Of a stretch of 64,000 bases of DNA, positions 37,671 through 50,896 are shown piece after piece (the stretch's first letter is position 1; each line of letters starts with the position of its first letter). The notes under the pieces were generated by a model. That model was not told the origin of the DNA. It did no database searches and saw only the letters and a list, made by a program, of their open reading frames with translations. The DNA comes from Eledone cirrhosa (taxonomy: Eukaryota), in NCBI GenBank assembly GCA_964016885.1, contig OZ024764.1:25048001-25112000 (forward strand). Reading direction: 5' to 3'. The position numbers and the translations under genes are program-made.

Positions 37671-39679
37671 TCGTGGGAATTTACATAGCCCACATATTAC
37701 ATAGTAAATTTAGTAATCTACAGGGGGGGGGGTATACAGAGATGACGGGCTCTTATTAGTTAATAACTTGAATAACCAAAATCTTGAAAGGCTACGGAAA
37801 AATATTAGAAAATCTTTTAGTGAACTGGGTCTAAAAATAACATACGTATACAATCTTAAAGTAGTAAACTTTCTGGACGTAACTCTTAATTTAAATACCG
37901 GACAGATACGACCCTTCCACAAGGCAAATGAGAACCTTACGTATATTAACTTTAACTCTAACCACCCACTCTCCATGATCAAATCAGTTCCCCGGAGTAT
38001 TTCTCTTAGAATCTCTCGCCTATCGTCTAACTCTGATATTTTTAGTGAACACGCTGAATACTACAATAATGCATTAAGGAATGCTGACCACCGGGATACA
38101 ATAGAATACATCGATAGGAATTTCCATAACACACATAGCTCTACACGAAATCAAGGAATGCGTAACCGGGGGACTAAAATACAAGCACACACACACTACT
38201 ACCAGACATACTAATAATAGAAGATCACCACCAAATAAATCACGTTGTAGAAAGTATATCTGGTACAATCCTATTTTTAATGCCTCGATTAGTACAAAAC
38301 TATCTCTTTCATTCTTTAAGTTAATCAACAAACACTTCCCTAGTTCCCATAAATACAGCAAAATTCTGAACTCTAAAACTATTAGACTATCATACTCCAC
38401 GGCACCAAACCTTGAAGCATACATAAAAAAACTTAACTTAAGGCAATTAAACAACTCTACAAAACAAAACATTTTAGTAACAGATGGGGCGAACGCAATA
38501 TCTGCCTCCCAACCACTAAATGGGAGACGGGTATTGCACAACCCACCTGTACCGCTATCACAACCTATCCATGGTATACCCGCTACCCACAACAAAGAAT
38601 GTAACTGCCATCTACCTGAAATATGTCCATTGAAGAATGAATGCCTAAAGTCCAACATTGTTTACCAATGCACGGTTGAATCGAACGACCAGAAATGGTA
38701 TTATATCGGATCTACCACCACATCGTTTAAATCTCGCTGGTACCGTCATCGATTCTCAATCAAACATCCGAATCACCGTTTTGTGACCACGCTCGCCAAC
38801 AAGACCTGGCAACTCCGTGAACACAACCAACAGTTCACCTTAAAATGGGATATACTTTCAAGCGCAAGTGCATATCGGAGTGGATTGAAGTACTGCAGGT
38901 TATGTAACCTTGAGCTCGTTTACATATTAAAATCCAAAAACAAACTACTTAACGATAGAATTGAACGATCATTATACTGCAACCACAAACTAAAAGCTAA
39001 ATTCTCTCACTATAAAATAACTTAACATTCGAACCCGTAACTATAACACCGCTTTCTAGCTAACAACCTTCTCTTCCCCCCACACTACAAGACAATACAC
39101 TGCTTATCACTATACATGGTAACTCAGTGCAATTCCTAGATTACTACTACAAACCCAAAGTTCACTCACCACACAAACTTTGTCTGTCCCCTCTCTACCT
39201 ATATCTCTCTCTACATCCATTACACACTCTCTCTCTCGCCTTTGGCCTACCTCCCTCTCAACATCTATGAACCTGCCCTCTGGGGCAATAAATAATTCCG
39301 ACCTTAACTATCAACGCATCTCTCCAAAAGTAACCAGTATAATAAAACCCCTACCATAACATTTTGATTAAGATATCTACAAGCCACTCTCTCCTACTTC
39401 TCCAACCCCTGCATATCTTTCTTTCTCTCTCCCTCTTCCCTACTTTTCTCTCTTCCTTTTCTACTCTATCTTCCCCAACAACCCCACTTAAGGGTATTTA
39501 CATTGTACATTTTACCATTCTGCTCTGAGGAAACAGTGGTCACAGCATTGGATATTTGAGTTCTGCAAGTACTTGTGAATTTGCACGTAGCATAACTAGG
39601 CTGCAGTACCACCGTGGAAACACTTGTAATCACACGGAATAAATTACCTTTTTATGATGTCTACCTGTTATTATTCATT

Positions 39680-39682
<3 letters not shown>
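37671..39682 (+). mobile_element. PLE copy B (as 23658-25668)
   Basis: ORFs 37768-38214 and 38534-39025 nearly identical to copy A. Confidence 0.9.
39517..39640 (+). ncRNA. Hammerhead ribozyme copy B
   Basis: Same sequence as 25503-25626; CTGAGGA at 39525. Confidence 0.62.
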
Positions 39683-39713
<31 letters not shown>

Positions 39714-40825
39714 GAATGATCGACCATCGGAATATCGGCCCACGAAATCACGATAAACAATATCCGACATGTGTGGTAGGGAGCTCAATAGTTTGGATAA
39801 ACCAGAGCTATACCTATCGTTAAAATTCCAACACACAGAGATCATGCCTAAAATCACCCGTGCAGCCGAAAAAGAACGACCAGGAAGATTCGGGTCACTC
39901 AAATAAAATATCAATAAATTAATAAATTAAATGAATGTAAAAAAACTCACCCGGACCCGTTAGCAGGATGTTAAATTCTAGCTTTTTGGGTTTCTGCAAT
40001 TCCTTAATCAAATCACTATCATCCCACATAAAAAATATGTATGACTTCTAGAGAGGAGACGAACGAGGAAAAGCTTCTTCAACGAGTTTCCGTTCAAAAA
40101 TACGGAGGGACCCACCGCCAAAAACGCACATGGTATTCAGCAAGGGAGGGAACCCCTATATTAGCGAAAGAATTCGGTGATGTGTAAATTATGTAAAAAT
40201 ACGAAGTATCACATATCGAATCAGAGTGCTCAACAGATGTGTTAAAATAAACAAGAGCTATTCATCAGTCAATAAGATCAACAAAAAATATATATATATA
40301 TATATTTAAAAGAATAGAGATGTAACACACAAGTTATTATATATTTGTAAACGGAATAGAAAATGCTGACAAATTGTTCACAGTTGAAAAATGGTTTAAT
40401 TAGGAATAAAAGAGTATTAGTAATTGTATGGGTTAGTATTCAGTTGTGGTTTTAAGTTTTTAAGTTTTTACCGGTTGCGCATTTCTAAATGCTTTTCAAA
40501 AATAATTTTAAGATAGAGTGTCCGCTCTGATCTGATTAGTTTTGGGAATTCTACCTGTTTTTATGTTAAAAAAGTGGCTCCAGCGCTACTTTCGTGTTGC
40601 AAAAATTCTTGTGGTCAAAACAATTTTGATTGGTCGGTAGAGGTCATGTGAATGTAAAAAATTGATTTTGCGCCAAGACTGTTTTTATGTTAAAAAAGTG
40701 GCTCCAGCGCTACTTGGTGTTTGCAAAATTTCTTGTGGTCAAAACAATTTTGATTGGTCGGTAGAGGTCATGTGAATAAAAAATTGATTTTGCGCCAAGA
40801 CTGAGAAATGACTCTTTCACAACAA

Positions 40826-40893
<68 letters not shown>

Positions 40894-42165
40894 TAGTAGT
40901 AAAGTGCTCGATGTTGTGATAATGGTTAGCAGGGATGTGTGTCAAATGGCTATTAAGTTAAGTGTGTGTGTGTGTGTGTATGTGTGTGAGTGTGTATATA
41001 GCAGAGTAATTCGTGGTAGCGGGGATGGTCAGTAGGAGTGTGTCTGTAAGCAGTGGGGGGTATTTTAGCATGTCAAAAGATATTTTTCAGCTTTTGTCTT
41101 ATACGGAGAAGTGTGTGTGTGTGTGTGTGTGTATAAGTCTCTTTGTATGTTAATGTACGCGTGTGTATGGTTAATGTACGCGTGTATATGGAAAAACTGG
41201 CTCGAAAACCAGGTTTTTCAAGAAGTAATTTGATTGGTTTGTCAATAATTATAATAAATTTCGCGCCAGTTCGCGTTACAATAGTTTTTCAAATAAGAGA
41301 GGGGGGGGGGGGGTTGTCACAGGTTGTTTTTTCATATATGAGTGTTTGAATTTCTTTTTACTTGAAAAAATGAGGCTCACGAAGGCTTTTTTTTGGTTGG
41401 TTATAAATGAAATTTGGCTGTCACGTGAACAAGTTTTCATTACATTTTTGCGCCCTTATTTGGAAAACTATTCTGTAGTCTTTATAGTGAAAGTTATGAC
41501 AATGGAGAGATAGTGGTCAAGGGAAAAGGGATTGGGAGAAATGTTCTGGTTCAGTGAATATGGCCAGCTGTCAGAGTTCAGGTGTCAGAGTTCAGATTTT
41601 CTATTGAGAAACGTGTTTATTTGTGATACGTGTTTATTTGTGATACGTGTTTATTTGTGTGCTTGTGTGTGTGTATATGTGTATTGGAAGATGATTCTAT
41701 TAGTAGAGATGGGGGAGGGAGTTGTGTGTGTGTGTATATGGATGTTATGTGTGTGTGTGTGCGAGTATGTTAGATAGAGAGAATATATATTTTTTGTGTG
41801 TGTGTATATATATATGTGTGTAGGAAAGTGGTTCTATTAGTAGAAATGGGGAGGGTGTTGTAGGTGTGGGGGGTTTTATGTGTGTGTATGGGTGTTATGT
41901 GTGTGGGAGTATGGTTAGCATGTTAAGATGAAGAGAATATATATATATATATATATATTGTGTGTGTGTATGTGTGTGTGGAGGAAAATGATTCCTTTAG
42001 TAGGAATATTTTTGAATGAACATATTTTCCTGACTTTTTCGTGTTTGCTGTTGTATTGCCAGTGCAAACGTATGTTTAAGGTTTATTTAGTTCGGGTTTT
42101 TATTTTCTAAAGTAGGTGTTATGTGTGTGTGTGTATGTCATATTGTGGTGTTGACATAATGTATA

Positions 42166-44141
42166 TTAAACCTTATTTAATGTTGGTCTATATTTTTGAA
42201 TAAACATATTTTCCTTATTTATTCGCATTTGTTCTGTTGTATTGTTAGCGCAAAGGTAAAATGGGAAGACTTGGAATTTGGGTGTCTTATTACTTGCGCA
42301 AATGTCTAGATGTGCACTTAGTGGTATTTGTCTCGTGGTTGGATCTCGTAATTGTTGGCGATGAACTGTCATTCTGTTTCTGAGTGTGAGTTTAGTTTGT
42401 CCTATATAATCTTCATTGCATCCTTTACATTTAATGGCATAAATTAGATTTTTTGATGAGCAAGTGAAGTGATTTTTTACAGTAAAATTTTGTCCTGATT
42501 TAAATGTATACGTGTTGCCTTCAATGAGGTGAGTGCAGGTTCCACAATTAGAGCGACCACATTTTTTGATACTTGGTTGTGGGTTTGTGGTAGGTAATTT
42601 GGCATTGGTGAGTAATGTTTTCAGTGATTTTGGTTGTCTTTTGCTTTTGATTATTTTGTGTGTTTCAAGGGCTTTTTTCATTCTTGGGTTTTGTTTTAGT
42701 AGTGGGATGTTATTGTGAATAGTGTTGTAAGCTTCCGCATTTCTTGGGTTGTGTGTTGAGATATATGATAGAATATTGGACGTACCTTGAATTTGTTTCT
42801 GTTTCCGTAATTCATCAATGCCTATTGCTTTAGCCCTTTCTATTCCATTATTTATTAGTAATAGTGGGTACTCTCTCTCAAGTAGAATTTCCTTTAATTC
42901 TTGAAGTCTTTTATTTCGCGTTTCATAATTGGAGACAATTGTGAAAATTCTTCTTGCTAGGTTAAAAGGAATGTTCGTCTTCGTGTGCTTTGGATGGTTG
43001 GAGGTGAATAGCAGATATTGTTTGGAATCTGTTGGTTTGTAGTGTATGTCAGTTTCGATATTTGTGTCTTTTTTTGTGATTAAGATGTCCAGAAATGGGA
43101 GTTGATCTTGGCTGTATTCCATTGTGAATTGGATGTGGTTATTGATGCCGTTTATTAAGTTTTTGAAATCCTTCAGTTGGTCGAGTGTGTGGGACCAAAG
43201 AATGAGGCAATCATCCAAGTAGCGTTTCCAATTCTCTGATAAATATTTGTGAAAGTTCAATCCGTATTTTGATTTGGACTGTTCATATATCTGGACTTCT
43301 AAGTATGCCATGACTAAGTTGGCATAAGTTGGAGCGGCTTTTGTGCCCATCGCAGTCCCCGATATTTGCTTGTAAGTATTGCCATCGAAATCAAAAAAGT
43401 TGTTCTGTAGGATGAATTTTAATCCCTCGGTGATGAAGCTTTTTTCTATTCTGTCAGGTATCTCATTGGGATATTTCTCTAGCCAGAATCCTATTGCTTC
43501 TAGTCCGTATTGGTGTGGGATCGTTGTGTAGAGATTCACTACATCGAAAGACACAATAATAGTGTCGTTGTTGACATGTTTGGGGAGGTGGTTTAAGAGG
43601 TCCAGATCGTCTCTTACAAGGCTTGGTATGTGTTTCAGTATTGGTTTCAGTAGTATGTCTATAAAGTTGCTCAATCTGTGTGTTTCACATTGTGGGCCCG
43701 CTACAATTGGTCTTAATTTAAGATCTGTGGGGTATTGTGTGTTCACGCAGGCTGAGGTGGATTGTTTACAGGCATCGTTGATTATTTTACATTTGTGGAT
43801 CTTCGGAAGTCCGTAAAGGTTGCTGGTTTTGTATTCAAAATTTGTTAAATAATCGCGTTCCTTTTTAGTTAGGTCTTCCTGGTATCGATAAATCAGTGTG
43901 TTTAATTTGGTCATTATTTTTGATTGCTGGTAGTTTTTTACTCTTTCATAGTAATTAGCATTTTGTAAGAGAGAGAACATAGAATTTTTATATTTTTCAG
44001 CCTCCATAATGACAACAGTACTTCCCTTGTCCGCTTCCTTAATTACAATGTCCGGATTGTTTTTTAGTTCATGGATAATCTCCTATTCCCTTCGACTTGT
44101 GTTGGGTTTGGGTTTAGGTTGCGGTAGTTCTACAGAAGTGT
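42166..44141 (-). pseudogene. PLE RT + GIY-YIG copy B with N-terminal nonsense codon and deletion
   Basis: 613-aa open segment 42166-44007; TGG>TAG at 44083-44085; ~146-bp deletion at ~44130. Confidence 0.9.
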
Positions 44142-44142
44142 G

Positions 44143-44175
<33 letters not shown>

Positions 44176-44176
44176 T

Positions 44177-44291
<115 letters not shown>

Positions 44292-44512
44292 TTTTTTTGT
44301 GTTGCACCATAGAGCATGTGTGTTCACGTATGTCATTGTGTTTATATGAGGGTAGAGATGTGTGCTGATGTAGGTATGTATGTTGAAGTGTGTATGTTGT
44401 GGGTTCGTCTTAGGGAGCTGTGTTTAGACGGGGTCCGTATTTGTTAATGAAGTAAGATTCCTTGCTGATGTATACATATATATATGTGTGTATATATATA
44501 TGTGTGTATATA

Positions 44513-44578
<66 letters not shown>

Positions 44579-45304
44579 GAAAAGTAAATGTTACGGGCGA
44601 AAGAGAGGAATATCCATCGTCAGTTGTCTGCTAGGAATCATAGGTATTTCTTCGTGTTAGGGGCAAGATACTTCAGCCTAGGGTGAACTATAACTAAAAT
44701 AAGTTATTGGGATAAAAAAAGAGAGGAAAGAGAGAAAAACATGTAAACAGACACGAAGGGTGAAGCAACGTAAAGAGAGGAAAAATAGGAAATATATCAA
44801 GTCAACAACTCATTTCGAACGTAAGAATGATGAGTTTGACGACAGAGAAAACGACACGTCTTCACTGTTGCAGTGTTAGCGAGAGAAGAGGCTGCTTACA
44901 GTGGTGGACAAGGGAGGAAGTGAACTAGTGGAGAGAGGGAGTGAGTGAAAGTAAGAGGAAGCGAGAAAGAGATAGTTATAGTGGCAGGGTAGCCGAGATA
45001 AGGTGACTAGCAGAGGGGGTGAGCGAAAGTAAGAGGGAGAAGGAGAGAGAAGGGGGAGAGAGATGATAGGAAGAAGGGGAGAGAAAAGTGACGGGTCACA
45101 GCGAAGAAGGAAGCTTATATGAATAAAATGGTGAGCTGTGTGGTTGCAAATAAGTATAATGAAATAAAAATCTATCTATATAACATAGACATCTAAGGGC
45201 CTGGAGATTAGGTCACAAATTTGATCCCTCTTACAATCTGGAGATATGGTCAATATGGGCCTTAAAACCTTGAGTCCCTTTTCTTCTGTGTATGAACAGA
45301 AATA

Positions 45305-45490
45305 AATAATTGTTTCTACTTTTGGCACAAGGCCAGCAATTATCCAGTGCATTACTGGTACTTTATTTTATCGACCCCGTAAGGATGAAAGGCAAAGTTA
45401 ACCTCGGCGGGATTTCAACTCAAACCATAAAGGGGCGTAACTCTTTGCTGCAAAGCATGGCGTCAGACCCTCTACCGATACTGCCAACCC
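45305..45490 (-). mobile_element. tRNA-derived SINE
   Basis: Duplicate of 31456-31640. Confidence 0.8.
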
Positions 45491-45699
45491 TGAAATAATG
45501 TAATATATATCTATATATATATGTATGTGTGTATGTATCTATTTATATATTTAACTATATTTTTTGTAATCACAGAGCTGGCCAGAGTCCACTTCTACAA
45601 CCCAGTAACGTGTAAGTTTTAGTTTTATATACTATCTAACCATTATTCTCTCTGTTCATTCCCGTCTCTCTCTATCTCTCTCTCTATATATTTATATCT

Positions 45700-46360
45700 A
45701 TATACATACATGCACACACATATATATATGAACGTATGGATTCACCGAACATTTATTATAATGCTCGGTGTGTTTGTAAACAAACATCCCCAATTATGCC
45801 TTACAGTGTCTCACTGTGTCATTTCCCACTCTTAGTACGTCTGTATACATATATGTATGTACGTATACATACTTATATTTAAGTAACAGCCGTACTAAGA
45901 GTGAGAAATGAAATTTTGTTTCATTTTTCCGTTTATCCTTTTCGGTACCCCGGCCGATTAACTCACTCGATATGAAAATTAGGCTGCTCAGCTGTTAATA
46001 TGCATAAGCAGAGTATATACTTTCAGACGTTCAACCATCTGGCAGGAAGGTATACGTTGCTGACGATATCTAATAAGCTTGAAACTAGTACATCATTCCT
46101 TTGTCAGTGTTGAACAAATGAGCAACGATGGTTGGTAAACACTGTACGGCTTAATTCGGGATGTTTGTTTACAAATACACCGAGCATTATAATAAATGTT
46201 CGGTAAATCCATTCGTACATATATATATATGTGTGCATGTATGTATATATATATACATACTACTGTACGTCTGTATACATATATGTATGTACGTATACAT
46301 ACTTATATTTAAGTAACAGCCGTACTAAGAGTGAGAAATGAAATTTCGTTTCATTTTTTC
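45700..46360 (+). mobile_element. Non-coding HHR unit, more than one monomer (430-bp period), with 5' inverted pieces
   Basis: GTGAGAAATG at 45901 and 46331; ~95-bp terminal redundancy; inverted fragments at 45700-45839. Confidence 0.8.
46041..46105 (+). ncRNA. Minimal type I hammerhead ribozyme
   Basis: GGCAGGAAGG...ACGTTG-CTGACGA(46060)-T ATCT AATA AGCT T-GAAA(46081)C TA GTA-CATCATTCCTTTGTC; distal stem I AGGAA/TTCCT. Confidence 0.75.
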
Positions 46361-46366
46361 TGCTTA

Positions 46367-47244
46367 TCTATATATAGAAAACTATGGTTGTCTGTCTGTC
46401 TATCGATTTTTGGCACACATCTCCTCTTAGAATCTCTCACGGAATTGCACCGAAATTGCTATACTTGTACATTGAGCCCTAGCGAAGACATCGGAAAAAA
46501 AAATATTTCAAATTGACCCACCCTATGTGACGAAATCGAATATAATGTATCGATTTTTGAGCGTAAGTGATCAGTTATTTCCCTTTGTTCTGTTTACATT
46601 GAGCGTCTTACGTAAAAAATTACGCTGGCTTTAACAGTTGTCGAGCCAGCAAAATATTGACCTGCAAAATTCATCAGTTCGAACACTAAGCTTCCGTTTT
46701 GCTTCATTTCCATTTAAAAGCATTTTAAAACAATATTTTTACTTGAAAACAAGTCTATTTAAAGACTACGTAAAACAAGCAAATATTTCGTCGTTAGGCG
46801 TGCAGACAGACAGTCGTGCAGACAGACAGTCGTGCAGAGAGGTGATATAGGCGTGCAGACAGACAGTCGTGCAGAGAGGTGATATAGGCGTGCAGACAGA
46901 CAGTCGTGCAGAGAGGTGATATAGGCGTGCAGACAGACATAACTGATAATTTGGTTACGTTAATGTTTTTCTCTGCGTTGCAGTGTTTACATTTTCGATC
47001 TTTGTTAATAAATAACCAGTGCAGTTTCTATCCCCAGCATCCTCTTTTGTTATAACATTCGGGTTATCGTTATGTTTTCTTAACTTCATAAGGCATATTG
47101 TTGGTTGAGGGAATATTAATCAAAAACACCACATGCAAGTCTGCACAGTAGATACTACAGTTTTTAAGCCAAGAAAGAAACTTAACATTGTAACTTTAAC
47201 ACAGCTACTGAGCGACCCCGAGCAACGCCGGGCTTTACTGCTAG
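46367..47244 (+). mobile_element. Non-autonomous Helitron
   Basis: 5' TCTATATATAGAAAA...GTCTGTCTGTC; 3' hairpin CCCGAGCAACGCCGGG followed by CTAG; inserted between A and T with no TSD. Confidence 0.8.
46796..46939 (+). repeat. 37-bp minisatellite inside the Helitron
   Basis: AGGCGTGCAGACAGACAGTCGTGCAGAGAGGTGATAT, about 3.5 copies. Confidence 0.9.
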
Positions 47245-47390
47245 TATATATATATAGTAAGGTGTATTATTAGTTGTGTAAAACGGTCCAATAAATTTTT
47301 GTTACCAATATTAAGTTCTCCACGCTTTTGTATATCTCCAATTCCATTCAAGGGAACAGCTAGATGATGTAAAACGGAGTATTTCTATCA

Positions 47391-47483
47391 AAATGAAAAT
47401 CCGAAGGCAAGGTAAAATTTCCAATCATTTTAATCCCGTCGTGATTAAAATGATTGGAAATTTTACCCTCCCTTCGGATTTTC

Positions 47484-47487
<4 letters not shown>
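47391..47487. repeat. Near-perfect hairpin, ~45-bp arms
   Basis: AAATGAAAATCCGAAGG.AAGGTAAAATTTCCAATCATTTTAATC ccgtcgt GATTAAAATGATTGGAAATTTTACC...CTTCGGATTTTCATTT. Confidence 0.9.
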
Positions 47488-47521
<34 letters not shown>

Positions 47522-48825
47522 GAAAGTATAGAAATTATTGTGAGCGTGAAGCCAACAGCATTTCATAATATATGTGACTATAACGTCAAAATGGAAAATA
47601 ATTAACGTAAGATGTGGGAAAAATAATTCAAACTCAATTTTAAAAAATCAAGACAGATTTATCCATAGAATTTTGTGAAATCCAGGGAAAAATCAATAGA
47701 GCCTTAACTCTGAATAAAATAAAGTTTAAATACTCATCCTTCAATTTGGAAAAACTTCAAATGCTCTATATAGTCTTAAAAAGACTATTTCACGAAACTT
47801 TCAGTGGGGATGGTCACGGTTGGAACCGTTCATCAGTAGAGCTCAACATGGTAACCCTAAACCACTGCCAGAATATGCTAAAAAGGGAATTTCAAAGCAG
47901 CCTAGTTCAACTCATGCGTAAATATGAAAATAAACGCACATGGAGAGACATGGCTGGTGACGTCAGAATGAGACGAATGTCTGTTTACAGGAAACAGCAG
48001 TCAAAAAACATTCCGAAAAAAAAGTCTACAAATGTAATATTATATATATATATATATATAATATTAAGGATACTATTTATAGTTATGTATATTTTAAACT
48101 ATAAACAGGGAATATCAGTAATTTATTACTACCTTATTACCATAAGATAAATAGCTCAATGTAATAACATCAGTTGTTCTACAGAGTAGTTATATAGAAT
48201 TTACAAGAATCAAAGCTATGTTCAAAGCATTTATTCACTTACAACTGTTACATCCAAACCTTGGCTTGGTGCCTTCGGACCATTTTTTAATGCTTGTACA
48301 AATAATTGACCTCCTATCCAACGTAAGAAACATTCAGATACACATATATATTAACCTACAGTGGAGCGACATATATTATACTATACTATATTTGTATAGT
48401 AATTCAAATTTAAAATCAAAATTAAAATACAGGCGTCAAGTAACACAGATAATGCAAGAGAATAGTTCAATAATCTGATCTAGTAGACAGTGTATGCGTT
48501 AGTCATATATACAAGTGTGTCTCATTTATATAAGAGTATTGTGTGGCAAGGTATTACATGTAATACAAGCACTTTAAGCGGGTAAGAAAGAGTATTATGG
48601 TGGTTGTAGTGGGAGAGTATTTTTTGTATAGATCGAATTAGTATGTGTGCAGAAGAAGAAAAAGAGAGTTATAGTTTCACATCCACCGCCATTTTCACAT
48701 CCAGAAAAAGGAAGTTATGTCTATTACATCCATCACATTTGTTACTTAATACGAATACATCGTTTACAAATGTACTCTATATACTAAATATATATATATA
48801 TATATGACTCTGTCTCTTATAAACC

Positions 48826-49118
48826 ACGTTGGCTATTATGAACCCCCCTCTCTCTCTCTCTCTCTCTATGCTGGCTATTATGACTATCTCTCTCTCTTTC
48901 TATGTTGGCTATTAAGACTCTCTCTCTCTCTATGCTGGCTATTATGACTCTCTCTCTCTCTCTCTATGTTGGCTATAATGACTCTCTCTCTCTCTCCATG
49001 TTAGCTATTATGTCTCTCTCTCTCTCTCTAAGTTGGTTATTATGACTCTCTCTCTCTCTATGTTGGCTATAATGACTCTCTCTCTCTCTATGTTAGTTAT
49101 TATGACTCTCACTCTCTC
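48826..49118 (+). repeat. ~30-bp minisatellite (CT)n-ATGTTGGCTATTATGA
   Basis: About 9 units with variable CT run length. Confidence 0.9.
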
Positions 49119-49459
49119 CCTGTTCAAGATTTACAAAGTTAGATGAACATCTTCAAAGTCCTCCCATACTCACCTTGTCTAATATGCGTTCTTGTACCTG
49201 ATTATTTCCTCCAAATCTCCTGGGATGTTACAAGCCATGATGGCTACCTATCTCACAATTTCCCTCCTGCCCACCCCCTCACACCACCATAGTGTATTCG
49301 ACCAATCAAACCTCAGCAACGTGTCCCTCACCCATTACCAACCCCAACAAACTCTGCTATTACTACTACTTCTACTTTTCTTCTGGCCCTTACCAGCCCC
49401 AACAAACCCTGCCATTATTACTATTATTGTCCTTCTAGCCCTGAATTCTTTTACTGTTA

Positions 49460-50893
49460 TGTAAGGGTGAGCTGAGGATAAATGGGGCAACCCCAAATTA
49501 ATAAATGAATATGAATCCGCGAGTTACCAAGCACCCATGCAAAGCTTTAATTCAGAGACAGGAAGCTATCACACCCCACTGCAAAAATTCACCCTTTCCC
49601 GCGAGTGGTGGCAAATGCCCAAAACTCCGAGTTGGAACCATCAATGTAAGCACAATGAAAGGAAGAGCAGGAGAAATTGTAGAGATGCTAGAGCGAAAGG
49701 AAATTGATGTATGCTGTGTGCACGAGACTAGATGGAGAGCAGAGACCGCTAGAGTCCTTGCAGGTAGAAGTCAGTGCTACAAATTTTTCTGGGTAGCAAA
49801 TGACAACAGGATGGGAGGTGTAGCTATCCTATTAGCTGACAAATGGGTAGATAAGGTAATCTCAGTGAACAGCGTGAAGGCAAGAACCATGAAACTCGGA
49901 CTAGTCCTGAATAAAACAATTGCCACAATAATATCAGCTTACGCACTCCAAATGGGGTTGTCAGGCGACTATAGCGGGGAATTTAGCGTAGATGTCGGTG
50001 TCCACCAGGGTTCTGTTTTTAGCCCTCTCCAGTTCGTTATAGTATTGCAAGCAATAACAAAGGTGATTATGACCGGATGCCCATGGGAACTCCTATATGC
50101 GGATGATCTCACACTTATAGCCGAATCTATGGTGGAACTATACTTGCTCAGTATGTAGGAAAGGAGTAGGCTGGATACAAAAGGCTTCCCCCTCAAAATG
50201 AAAGGAAGGCTGTATGATGTGGGTATACGAACAGCAAGTTACATGGTAGTGAAACCTGGGTACTGTCTGTGGAAGACTTGCATAGATTAGAAAGAAACGA
50301 AGCCTGCATGCTGCGATGGATGTGTAATAGTAATATACGCGAAGGGCAAAGCATAAATGAATTGAGAGAGATACTGAGCATAAGAGGAATGAAATGTTGT
50401 GTGCAGGAGAGGAGGTTGCATTGGACATGTGATGCGTATGAAGGATGACAGCTGTATAAAAAGGTGTAGAGCACTAGAAGTCGATGGAAGCCGTGGAGTG
50501 GGGAGACCCAAGAAGAGCTGGGATGAGGTGATAAAAGCCGACCTTACCCAGTTGCACCTCTCAAAGGCGATGACACAGGACCGTCACCTCTGGCATCACG
50601 CAGTAATACAGAAGACCCGGTTCCCCACAGCTACAAGCGGAAGCCGAAGCGTATGCTCCCACCATCTCCGACTGTAAAGTGGACGTATAGGTGACACAGA
50701 AAAAAAGCACCCAGTACTCACTGTAAATGAGGTTGGTGTTAGGAAGGGCATCCAGCTGTGGGAATCAAGCCAGAATCAGTTCCCGTATGAGCAAGACAAG
50801 GTCAGCTGAACAGACACTGCCCACAACAGGACAACCCGTCTAACCCATGCTAGCGTGGAAGAACGGACGTAAAACAGTGATGATGAAGATGAT
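49460..50893 (+). mobile_element. Internally deleted RTE LINE (APE endonuclease N-terminus fused to RT) with (GAT)n tail
   Basis: LRVGTINV.TM.GR...IDVCCVHETRW...ISAYA.Q.G joined in frame to EFSVDVGVHQGS...LLYADD; tail GTGATGATGAAGATGAT. Confidence 0.88.
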
Positions 50894-50896
50894 ATA

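Noticed and set aside
46796-46939. 37-bp repeats, and ~30-bp repeats at 48826-49118, as CRISPR-like arrays
   Set aside because: No unique spacers, no cas genes, eukaryotic context
47746-48150. 134-aa ORF as a host exon
   Set aside because: No recognisable domain and it runs into a (TA)n tract; possibly a transposon N-terminal remnant
49465-49500. CTGAGGA plus GGGG-CAA-CCCC hairpin at the RTE 5' end as a ribozyme
   Set aside because: No GAAA or stem III, and an HDV-like fold could not be built by eye
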